Positions 33,457-43,780 of a DNA stretch of 51,158 nt are shown here, in pieces (position 1 is the first letter of the stretch; each line of letters starts with the position of its first letter). The notes under the pieces are model-generated. The model searched no databases, was not told where the DNA came from, and saw only the letters and a program-made list of their open reading frames with translations. The position numbers and the translations under genes were made by a program. The DNA is from Octopus sinensis (Eukaryota): positions 1-51,158 of the forward strand of contig NW_021834148.1 of assembly GCF_006345805.1 (NCBI RefSeq). The letters are read 5' to 3'.

Positions 33457-34115
33457 CTGCTAGAAATAGCAACTAAACTTCTTTCAAATTCCTCTTCTAC
33501 TTACCCCTCCTTTTCATATTACCCATGTGTTCCAACCCATCCCAGGCCCCACCCTAAGCACTATGTATCAATCCTTCCTTCCTTTTGGAGTTCCCTTCCA
33601 GTTACGACCATCATATCTTTTATCCAGACAGTATCCCTTGTTATTATTTAGCTCCAGGTTATTCCTGACATATGATTGAATGTGCTCCAGCTATGACCAT
33701 CCTGTCTTTTAAGATCTGGTATATCTAGGACCACATTGCCTAATGTTTCTGTTGTTTAGCCCAAGGTTAGTCCTTATCCAGCAGACTGCTAGAAATAGCA
33801 ACTAAACTTCTTTCAAATTCCTCTTCTACTTATCCCTCCTTTTCATATTACCCATGTGTTCCAACCCATCCCAGGCCCCACCCTAAGCACTATGTATCGA
33901 TCCTTCCTTCCTTTTGGAATTCCCTTCCAGTTACGACCATCATGTCTTTTATCCAGACAGTATCCCTTGTTATTATTTAGCTCCAGGTTATTCCTGACAT
34001 ATGATTGAATGTGCTCCAGCTATGACCATCCTGTCTTTTAAGATCTGGTATATCTAGGACCACATTGCCTAATGTTTCTGTTGTTTAGCCCAAGGTCAGT
34101 CCTTATCCAGCAGAC
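33457..34115. repeat. Near-identical 329-bp tandem duplication
   Basis: CTGCTAGAAATAGCAACT at 33457 and 33786. Confidence 0.95.
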
Positions 34116-34523
34116 TTATGGCCAAAGGTGTTTCACCTATAATCATCCTGACTTTAATCCACTGTATCTGATGTGTCCCTCCTTGTTTAGTCCCAGATTA
34201 GTCCTGACCTGGCAGACCTATGATCAAAGATGTTCCAGCTGTGACCATCCTAACTTTTATTCAGGCACAGTATATCTAGGAGTTCATTATTTTGTCTTTC
34301 CTTGTTGTTTGGCCCCTTGTTGGCATTGTTGAGACAGACCCTGATAAGCTTCAGTCGTAATTTATTTTCATGCATCTAATATTACATTATCCCAATTTGT
34401 CTGCTGTTTCTAGCACCGACTGATGTGGTAACCTTTACGTCATCACTTGCTGTGCTGGAAATAGCAGCTAACTGTCCCTCAAATCACACCCTGCCATCTT
34501 CAATGTATTGTTTATTTTTTTAG

Positions 34524-34595
34524 GGTAATCCTGTTAGTATCCAAGTGAAGAATGGAAATGTGTATGAAGGTGTTCTACTCACCTTTTCGCATAAG
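34524..34595 (+). CDS. ATXN2: Ataxin-2 exon 6 (GNPVSIQVKNGNVYEGVLLTFSHK; Lsm)
   Basis: tttag/gtaagt; Lsm motif VKNGxxYEGV of ataxin-2. Confidence 0.97.
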
Positions 34596-34668
34596 GTAAG
34601 TTAATTGCTGTTGTTGAAATCTGATGGGACAGATTCTGCATATCATTTTGCTTGCCCAATTTACTTTC

Positions 34669-35226
34669 TGCACGTAAAAAGCACCATCCGATCGTAGCCG
34701 TTTGCCAGCCTCATCCGGCACCTGTGCCGGTGACACATAAAAAGCACCATCCGATCGTGGCCGTTTGCCAGCCTCGTTGGCACCTGTGCCGGTGACACGT
34801 AAAAAGCACCATCCGACCGTGGCCGTTTGCCAGCCTCATCTGGCACCTGTGCCGGTGGCACGTAAAAAGCACCATCCGACCGTGGCCGTTTGCCAGCCTC
34901 ATCTGGCACCTGTGCCGGTGACACGTAAAAAGCACCATCCGACCGTGGCCGTTTGCCAGCCTCATCTGGCACCTGTGCCGGTGACACGTAAAAAGCACCA
35001 TCCGATCGTGGCCGTTTGCCAGCCTCGTCTGGCACCTGTGCCGGTGGCACGTAAAAAGCACCCACTACACTCACGGAGTGGTTGGCGTTAGGAAGGGCAT
35101 CCAGCCGTAGAAACATTGCCAAATCAGACAGGGGCCTGGCGCAGCCTTCTGGCTTCCCAAACCCCAGTTGAACCGTCCAACGCATGCTAGCATGGAAAGC
35201 GGATGCTAAACGATGATGATGATGAC
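34669..35226 (+). mobile_element. RTE-tail element family C with six 62-63-bp modules
   Basis: GCACCATCCG recurs at 34681, 34744, 34806, 34869, 34932 and 34995; (GAT)n tail. Confidence 0.95.
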
Positions 35227-35875
35227 TGTGTATAGAGGATAGCAGCATTCATACTGTGGCTCATCATATTTTCAGGGTGTATCGCATTTTTCAGAGTAAG
35301 TCTGTCACATTTTCACAGGGTCAGATGACCTCATCTTTTGTAAAGTAAGACGGTGGCTGCATTTCGTTGGGTATGAAGGGCAGTGGCGTTTCGTTATTGT
35401 AAAGGTGACACCTAACTTCAAGGAGTACCCTTTCATTATTGTCGAGTGTCATCTAACACCAGGAAGTAACATATTTCTTTATTATGGAATATTAAAACTG
35501 TTGATATACCTGTGTACATCCATATATATGTATATATATAATCTATTTTTGTTTCTCTTTCTTCAGTGTGCATTACTGGCACACACACACACACACACGT
35601 GTGTGTATAAGAGGTACATCTGTGTATATAATCTAATATGCACACATCATGTCTAATCTCTATTGTACATACATACATACATAACCTATATAATATATAC
35701 ATGCACACTACATACATACAGCATCTCTCTTCAAATGGACATTGTTGTCAATAGCATGTGTATATATACACATCTATATAACCTAAATAATATATACACT
35801 CATATTTAATCTCTATCTCTTCAGATAAACACTGTAGTCAATGGTACATATATATTCTTGTGTATATAATATAAA

Positions 35876-36270
35876 TAGGCACAGGAGTGGCTGTGTGGTA
35901 AGTAGCTTGCTTACCAACCACATGGTTCCGGGTTCATCCCACTGCGTGGCACCTTGGGCAAGTATCTTCTACTATAGCCTCGGGCCGACCAAAGCCTTGT
36001 GAGTGGATTTGGTAGACGGAAACTGGAAGAAGCCCCTCGTATATATGTATGTGTGTATATGTTTGTGTGTCTGTGTTTGTCCCCCCACCATTGCTTGACA
36101 ACCGATGGTGGTGTGTTTACGTCCCCGTAACTTAGCGGTTCAGCAAAAGAGAATGATAAAATAAGTACTGGGCTTACAAAGAATAAGTCCTGGGGTCGAT
36201 TTAATCGACTAAAAGGCGGTACTCCAGCCTGGCCGCAGTCAGATGACTGAAACAAGTAAAAGAGAGTAAG
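35876..36270 (+). mobile_element. SINE family A, full length
   Basis: TAGGCACAGGAGTGGCTGTGTGG head. Confidence 0.9.
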
Positions 36271-36740
36271 ACATTTATTTAATCAGGCTGGTGTAGAAGG
36301 AGGCTTGCTTCTCAAGCACAAGGTTTCTGGTTCGGTACCACAGCATGGCACCTTGGGCAAGTGTCTTCTGCTATATCCTTGAGCCATCCAAAGCCTTATG
36401 AGTGGATTTGGTGGACGGAAACTGAAAGAGGCCTGTTGTGTGTGTGTAGATATAGATATGTTTGTGTCTGTGTTTGTCTCCCACCACCAAGTGGTGTTGG
36501 TGTGTTTATACCCCTGTGACTTGGCAGTTTGGTAATGAGACCAATAGAATAATTACCAGGCTTTAAGAATAAAAGACCGGGGACAGTTCATTCGACTAAA
36601 ATTTCAAGGCAGTGCCCCAGCATGGCCACAGTCTAATGACTGACACAAGTAAAAAAAAAAAAAAAAAAATACACACACCCGTTTTTAAATCTCTCTCTCT
36701 CTCTCTCTGGACACTATAGCATTGATATTACTTCTATACA

Positions 36741-37147
36741 TAGGCGCAGGAGTGGCTGTGTGGTAAGTAGCTTGTTTACCAACCACATGGTTCTGGGTTC
36801 AGTCCCACTGCGTGGCATCTTGGGCTAGTGTCTTCTACTATAGCCTCGGGCCGACCAAAGCCTTGTGAGTGGATTTGGTAGACGGAAACTGAAAGAAGCC
36901 CATCGTATATATGTATATATATATATATGCGTGTGTGTGTCTGTGTTTGTCCCCCTAACATTGCTTGGCAACCGATGCTGGTGTGCTTATGTCCCCGTTA
37001 CTTAGCGGTTCGGCAAAAAGAGACCCATAGAATAAGTACTGGGCTTACAAAAAGAATAAGTCCCGGGGTCGAGTTGCTCGATTAAAGGCGGTGCTCCAGC
37101 ATGGCCGCAGTCAAATGACTGAAACAAGTAAAAGAGTAAAAAAAGAG
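36741..37147 (+). mobile_element. SINE family A, full length
   Basis: TAGGCGCAGGAGTGGCTGTGTGG head, GGTTCAGTCC B-box, GAAACAAGTAAAAGAG tail. Confidence 0.9.
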
Positions 37148-37228
37148 TGTGTATATATATATATATATAGCCTGTGTGATGTCCTACACATTCATGTATT
37201 TAATTTCTCTCTCTCTCTCTCTCCCCAG

Positions 37229-37394
37229 ATGGACATTGTGTTGTCAATGGCACATAAAGTTGATGATCGGTTGGCTCCTAACTGTAATTCCGTTATTCCA
37301 AATAAGGAAAACATCATCGATAATCTTATAATAAAGTCTTCAGAAATTGTCAAATTAGAAGCCAAAAATGTAGATTTGGAGTATGCAGTAAAAG
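37229..37394 (+). CDS. ATXN2: Ataxin-2 exon 7 (MDIVLSMAHK...VDLEYAVK; Lsm)
   Basis: (ct)n ccccag / gtaagg; phase 0 to 1; matches the DLVLDAAH...MDSSYAKR segment. Confidence 0.95.
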
Positions 37395-37628
37395 GTAAGG
37401 TACTTTACCATCCTCCTTTAGCCCCCTTCCTCGGCCTCTCTCGTCTCTGGTTGGCCTGATTGTTCAATTAGGTGTTTGTTCCTTTATTTTCTTTTTCCTA
37501 AAGCCAGGAACTTTTCAGCACCCCCTCCTTGTATATATATGCATACCTTACTCCCTCCCTGTTACTCTCAACATTTATTTTCACGTGAGTAGCCATGAAG
37601 TTCCTCTATAGAAAAACAAAACACCTGT

Positions 37629-37864
37629 TCTGTACTGGCGGAACCCTAAGGTTCCGTGGAACCCCGGTTGAAAACCACTGCCGATTTTAGCAGTTTTCTA
37701 ACTTCTTGCGGAACCCCTGAACTGTACTGGCGGAACCCTAAGGTTCCGTGGAACCCCGGTTGAAAACCACTGCCGATTTTAGCAGCTTTCTAACTTCTTG
37801 CGGAACCCCTGAACTGTACTGGCGGAACCCTAAGGTTCCGTGGAACCCTGGTTGAAAACCACTG
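37629..37864 (-). mobile_element. hAT MITE left end only, about 92-bp unit x2.5
   Basis: GGTTGAAAACCACTG repeated three times; no right TIR. Confidence 0.85.
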
Positions 37865-38342
37865 CTCTATATATTCAGCCAGTCAGGTATCCCTAGTTTC
37901 CTGTTGCACTACCTGGATCCTTCTTTTATACTTTTTTTTATCACCTAACATAAAGTCACTTCCCATTTGCAGAAGGACCCCACATGCTCGAAAGGGATTG
38001 TAGCCTTCTGAGCTGCACAGCAACCTCCTTGCTGTTAATACCATGTAAAAAATTTACAAAGAACGCTGGAAAGTAGTTGGCATTTGGAAGAGTACCTAAC
38101 CACAGAAACTATTGGGTCATTCCATAAATAATGCGTTGTTTTTTTTTTTCATTTGAATTAACTAAAAGTCAGAGGGGAATGGGATAAACTACCTGCATCA
38201 ACTTGCTATCAAAGCAGGTAATAATTTTACCCTGCCCTTAGTGCGAGTTTTAAAGAGTGCAGTTTGATTTTAAGTTTTTTCATGCTAGCATGGAGAACAG
38301 ACGTTAAACGATGATGATGATGATATTTTCTTCTCTTTCCAG

Positions 38343-38458
38343 ATAATTATTCTGAATCTTCTTCCCGATTTAATGGCCAGTTAGGTGATAAAGACTTGAC
38401 CCCATGGGAAGGGGACTTAGAAGACGGGAAAATGACCAGTCTCGATAGTGATGCATCT
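38343..38458 (+). CDS. ATXN2: Ataxin-2 exon 8 ((D)NYSESSSRFNGQLGDKDLTPWEGD...DAS)
   Basis: ttctctttccag/gtaagt; phase 1 to 0; NG...KDLxPW motif. Confidence 0.95.
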
Positions 38459-38480
38459 GTAAGTATTTTTCATGTTTTAA

Positions 38481-39193
38481 CCCTTTCAATACCAACCCGG
38501 CTGAAACCGCCTCTGGTTCTGTAGTACAAATGTCTTGTTTTCCTAAGTTTTGAATTAAAATCTTCCACCAAACCTTAGTTACAATTTATCTTCCTAACAC
38601 CAGCTTATTGATAACAAAGTTATTTTACTAAATTCTTTGTAATATTTAAAATTAATTGAAAGAAACACAGAGCATCTCAACAGAAATACAGTAACAGAAG
38701 GGTTAAAGTCACCATGATATTTTTAACCCTTTTGATACCAACTCGGCTGAAACCACCTCTGGTTCTGCAGTACAAATGTCTTGTTTACATAAGTCCTGAA
38801 TTAAAATCCTCCACCAAACCTTAGTTACAATTTATCTTCCTAACACCAGCTTATTGATAACAAAGTTATTTTACTAAATTCTTTGTAATATTTAAAATTA
38901 ATTGAAAGAAACACAGAGCATCTCAACAGAAATACAGTAACAGAAGGGTTAAAGTCACCATGATATTTTTAACCCTTCTGATACCAACTCGGCTGAAACC
39001 ACCTCTGGTTCTGCAGTACAAATGTCTTGTTTACATAAGTCCTGAATTAAAATCCTCCACCAGACCTTAGTTACAATTTATGTTCCTAACACCAACTTAA
39101 TGATAACTAAGTTATTTTACTAAATTCTTTATTATTTTTAAAGTAATTGAAAGAAACGGAGAGCATCTCAACAGAAATACAGTAATGAAAGGG
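38481..39193. mobile_element. Three tandem TTAA MITEs (second family), 246-bp period
   Basis: Copies start at 38481, 38727 and 38973, separated by identical TTAA-AGTCACCATGATATTT-TTAA; solo inverted copy at 49058-49279. Confidence 0.9.
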
Positions 39194-39423
39194 TTACACA
39201 ATTTGTCTCTACCTTTGTTTTTTTTCCAGACCTTTTTTTATCTTGGACTATCTAATGCATCCTTTCTTGTTTAGCCCCAGGTCTACTATTTCAGCTATCC
39301 TGAATTTACTCAAGCCATGGCTTATGTATATCTGGGGTTACATTAATCAATGTGTCCTTCTTTACAGTTGTGGTCCATGCCAGTGGCATGTAAAAAAAGC
39401 ACCCTTTGAATTTGGGGCCTCAT

Positions 39424-40202
39424 AGAGCTGGCAGAAATGTTAGCAAGCCGGGCGAAATGTGTAGCCGTATTTCGTCTACTGTTACGTTCTGAGTTCAAAT
39501 TCCACCGAGGTTGACTTTGCCTTTCATCCTTTCGGGGTTGATAAATTAAGTACCAGTTACGCACTGGGGTCGATGTAATCGACTTAATACCTATGTCTAT
39601 CCTTGTTTGTCTCCTCTGTGTTTAACCCCTTGTGGGTAATAAAGAAATAGGTATTTCGTCTGCCGTTACGTTCTGAGTTCAAATTCTGCCGAGGTCGACT
39701 TTGCCTTTCATCCTTTCGGGGTCGATAAATTAAATACCAGTTACGCACTGGGCTCGATGTAATCGACTTAACCCGTTTGTCTGTCCTTGTTTATCCTCTC
39801 TGTGTTTAGCCCCTTGTGGGTAGTAAAGAAATACGTATTTCGTCTGCCGCTACGTTCTGAGTTCAAATTCCACCGAGGTCGACTTTGCCTTTCATCCTTT
39901 CGGGGTCAATAAATTAAGTACCAGTTGCACACTGGGCTCGATGTAATCAACTTAACCCGTTTGTCTGTCCTTGTACGTCCCCTCTGTGTTTAGCCCCTTG
40001 TGGGTAGCAAAGAAATAGGTATTTCGTCTGCCGCTACGTTCTGAGTTCAAATTCCACCGAGGTCGACTTTGCCTTTCATCCTTTCGGGGTCAATAAATTA
40101 AGTACCAGTTGCACACTGGGCTCGATGTAATCAACTTAACCCGTTTGTCTGTCCTTGTACGTCCCCTCTGTGTTTAGCCCCTTGCGGGTAGAAAAGAAAT
40201 AG
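39424..40202 (+). mobile_element. SINE family B tetramer, 184-bp period
   Basis: GTATTTCGTCT at 39467, 39651, 39835 and 40019. Confidence 0.95.
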
Positions 40203-40921
40203 CTAACGGTAAGTGACGGAGACCTTTGGTGATATGCTGTATTTGAGAAGATCTGTCAGGCCCAGTGAAACCGTAGTTGTGGCCAGTGCTGGTATCTTGT
40301 ATTTGGCACCCATTCCACACTTGTAGTGGTTGGCATCAGGAAGGGCATCCAGCCATAGAAACCAAGCCAAAATCAGACTGGAACCTGGTGCAGCTTACCG
40401 GTTTCAGTCAAATCATCTAACTCGTGCTAGCATGGAAAGCAGGTGTTAAAATGATGTTGTTTAGCCCTAGCTCAGTCCTGAATCCAGCATACCTGTGACC
40501 ATCCGGTTATTTAGATACAGTACATCTAGGATTACATTGTCTAATGTATCCTTCCGTGTTGTTTAGCCCCGGATTAGTCTGGTCCATCACACCTGATCAA
40601 AGGTGTTCCACCTGTGTGATCATCCTGTCGTTATACACTATGTATTCAGGCATAGTGTATCTAGGACTACATTATCTGTGTTGTTCCTTTCCTTGGTTAG
40701 CCTTAGGTCAGATCCTGATCCAGCAGACTTATACTCATAATCAAAGGTGGTCCAGCTGTGACCATCCTGTCTTTAGACATTGTATATCATGGACAATAGT
40801 ATCTAATGTGCCCATACTTGTTGCATTTGCTGTTGAAGCCAGCCTTTGATCAAAAGTATTCCAACCATGACCCTCCCATTGACTTTTTTTTTTTTTTTTT
40901 TTGTGAACTTCCCTCTTTCAG

Positions 40922-41010
40922 AATGGTTGGGATCCTTCCGACATGTTCAGAACTAATTATGAGCAATTCAATGTGATATCTACATATGATGAAAACTTAT
41001 CACAATACAC
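40922..41010 (+). CDS. ATXN2: Ataxin-2 exon 9 (NGWDPSDMFRTNYEQFNVISTYDENLSQY(T); LsmAD)
   Basis: ctctttcag/gtgagt; LsmAD signature NGWDxxDMFxxN...STYD. Confidence 0.98.
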
Positions 41011-41039
41011 GTGAGTTCTCCACTGGTTTTCTTTCTTTC

Positions 41040-41430
41040 TCTCTCTGTCAATCCCCCTGCCTGTCAGTCCCCCTGTCTGTCAGTCCCCCCTGTCTGTCAG
41101 TCCCCCCTGTCTGTCAGTCCCCCTGCCTGTCAGTCCCCCTGTCTGTCAGTCCCCCCTGTCTGTCAGTCCCCCCTGTCTGTCAGTCCCCCCTGTCTGTCAG
41201 TCCCCCCTGTCTGTCAGTCCCCCCTGTCTGTCAGTCCCCCCTGTCTGTCAGTCCCCCTGTCTGTCAGTCCCCCCTGCCTGTCAGTCCCCCCTGCCTGTCA
41301 GTCCCCCTGCCTGTCAGTCCCCCCTGCCTGTTCAGTCCCCCTGTCTGTCAGTCCCCCTGTCTGTCGGTCCCCACTGTCTGTCGGTCCCCCTTGTCTGTCA
41401 GTCCCCCTGCCTGTCAGTCCCCTTGTCTGT
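41040..41430. repeat. 16-17-bp C-rich minisatellite, about 23 units (CTGTCAGTCCCCC[C]TG[T/C])
   Basis: Directly visible; fills most of the 499-bp intron 9. Confidence 0.97.
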
Positions 41431-41509
41431 ATTTCTCCTTCTCGTCCGTTTTTAATCAAGTTTTCATATGTGTGTCCCCCCCCTTTTTTTTTCTCTTCCT
41501 CTGTCGCAG

Positions 41510-41731
41510 GACTCCATTAGAAAGACGTGATACTAAGGAATATAAAGAGCGAGAAGAAGCTGCTGCAAAACTGGCTGATGAAATTGAGAGAAGTGACAGT
41601 TACAAACACAGGATATCGTTAGAGAATGGCGAAGGGGAAGACGAGGAGAAATTTGCAGCCGTCGTCAAACCAGAGCAACAACAACAACAACAGCAGCAGC
41701 AGCAACAACAAAGCAGTAACGCCCCTGGAAG
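41510..41731 (+). CDS. ATXN2: Ataxin-2 exon 10 (TPLERRDTKEYKEREEAAAKLADEIE...EEKFAAV + Q12; LsmAD)
   Basis: tcgcag/gtatgc; phase 2-2; LsmAD motif AxxLAxEIE...EEKFxAV. Confidence 0.98.
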
Positions 41732-41850
41732 GTATGCTTAAAACAGTTTATATGATTTTAAGCTTGTCGCTGTCTTTCTTTTTAGCCCGACCCATTTGTG
41801 TTCACACCAGTATCCCTGTATCGATGCTGATTTTTGTGAATCCCCTATAT

Positions 41851-42038
41851 CAGTGCTTTTCAAACTTTTTGCTGGAGCGGAACCCCAAGGAAGCATTCCG
41901 CTGGCTCGAGGAACCCCTGTGCAATAATTTAATAGTCTTATGCACACATATCTGCACAGGAGACTTAAAAATTGCTGCCGATTTTAGCAGTTTTGTAACT
42001 TCTTGTGGGACCCCTGGACTGTACTGGCGGAACCCTAA
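41851..42038 (-). mobile_element. hAT MITE lacking its left end
   Basis: CCCTATAT|CAGTGCTTTTCAA; the body matches E1/E2. Confidence 0.85.
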
Positions 42039-42105
42039 TTCAGTTATCATTGAATGCATTGTCGTTTTAATTGTTGTTTATTTCTGTCTCTGTTTGGTTT
42101 TCCAG

Positions 42106-42887
42106 AAATGCAGTCCCCCTGCGCAAAGTCCCCAGTCGAGGCGGAATGGTAGGCACCGGTAGTACTGGTGTCCGTGGGAGCAGCCTGTCTCCGAACAACA
42201 TGAGCACTAGTCAAGCACTGAGCAACAGTAGTAGTAGTAGTATTAGCAGCAGCAACAGTAACAGCATTAGCAGCAGCAGTAGTATCAGCAGCAGCAGCAG
42301 CGTTAGCAGCAGTAACAACACAACCAACAACATCACTACTACTACTACTACTGCAACTAGCAGCAACAACAGCAACCGGGAGGCTCTGTGCAATCCAAGC
42401 CAGAGTGGTGTCGGTGGTGGTGGTGGTGGTGGTGGCGGCGTTGGTGGAGGAAGTGGTGGAGGTGGTAGTGGCGGCAGTAGCAGCAGCGGAGGCAGTGTCG
42501 TCGGAGGAGGGGGTGTGAGCAGCAACAGCAACAGTGCCGCTACGAACAGCAGCAGCAGTGGTGGTAGTAGTAGCAGCAGCATGGCCGCGTCGTCCGTGAC
42601 CGCACCGACCACCATGACCCACCATCATCAGCAACAGCAGACGCCGTCACAGCAGCAGCCGCCGGCCACGGCCACCGTCGCCGATCCGAGCCCGCAGACG
42701 TCTAATGTTGCCCAGCAGATAACCTCAATGTTGCCACTGCAACTTCAACAGAATCACAGTAATTACAACCCTCCTCGAGAAGCGCTGCCCTCACAGCCAC
42801 AGTCCCTGCCCCTACAAACGCAAATCGCAAAGAGCCACGACTCCCCTTCCGATTCATCAAATATGGAACAACTCAAAGTGAATGGAT
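42106..42887 (+). CDS. ATXN2: Ataxin-2 exon 11 (782 nt, Ser/Gly/Asn/Thr/Gln low-complexity region)
   Basis: ggttttccag/gtaagt; phase 2 to 1 fits both neighbours; stop-free. Confidence 0.85.
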
Positions 42888-43780
42888 GTAAGTTTGGTCA
42901 AATTCTTTATTTACACTTTGTGATTCTTTATATTCTCTTGCTTGTTTCAGTCATGTCACTGTGACCAAGCTGGGGCACCGCCTTGAAAAGCTCAGTGCCA
43001 CCTGACTGGCACCCATGCCAGTGACACGTAAAAAGCACCATTCAAGCGTGGTTGATGCCAGTGGCGTGTAAAAAGCCCCCGCTACAGTCTCAGAGTTGTT
43101 GGCGTTAGGAAGGGCATCCGGCTGTAGAAACTTTGCCCGATCAGATCGGAGCCTGGTGCAGCCTCCTGGATTGCCAGTCCCCAGTCAAACTGTCCAACCC
43201 ATGCCAGCATGGAAAGCAGACGTTAAGTGGTGATCATGAGGATGAAATCTATCAAGGACTTGTATCTTAAGCTTTGTACTTACTTTATCATACTCTTTTG
43301 CTAAACCGCTAAGTTACGGGGATGTAAACACCCCAGCACTGGTTGTCAAGCAGTGATGCGAGGCGGGTGGCTAACATCCAAAATGGAAGCTGGTCCCTTT
43401 GAATTACAGGTACAACTCATTTTTGCCAGCTGAGTGGACTGGAGCAGCGAGAAATGAAGTGTCTTGCTCAAGGACACAACACACTGCCAGGAATTGAACT
43501 CGGGATCTTATGATCATGAGCCAAATATCCTAACCATGATGAATGCATGTCCATGTATTTACGTGTGTGTGTGTGTGTGTGTAAAAGTATGTAATATATA
43601 TATATATATGTGTATATTTTGTAGCTTCTGAGAAGGAAGACAAAGAAATCCTCAGCAACCGGTCTCATATTGTGCCTGCCGATAACAGAGAAATTGTACC
43701 TGCTTCTCCTTTATCAAGCCTCGATGAATCAAGAAGGAATTCAAATTCAAAAGGTTATTATTGTTGTCATTATTAGGCTA

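Noticed and set aside
36741-36830. tRNA-like heads of SINE families A, B and H as tRNA genes
   Set aside because: No complete cloverleaf; each continues into a SINE body present in many copies
38481-39193. Repeat-spacer-repeat pattern resembling CRISPR (also the 63-bp array at 34669-35060)
   Set aside because: Spacers are identical, repeats are TTAA MITEs or RTE modules, the context is eukaryotic and there are no cas genes
40986-41520. 251-aa and 169-aa ORFs with CQSP/LSVPP repeats
   Set aside because: Read-through of the intronic minisatellite. The true upstream exon is in another frame and has a canonical donor at 41011; only 41510-41731 is coding.
42047-42634. Antisense poly-Ala/Thr and poly-Leu/Pro ORFs
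   Set aside because: Shadows of the sense trinucleotide repeats, with no independent start or splice evidence
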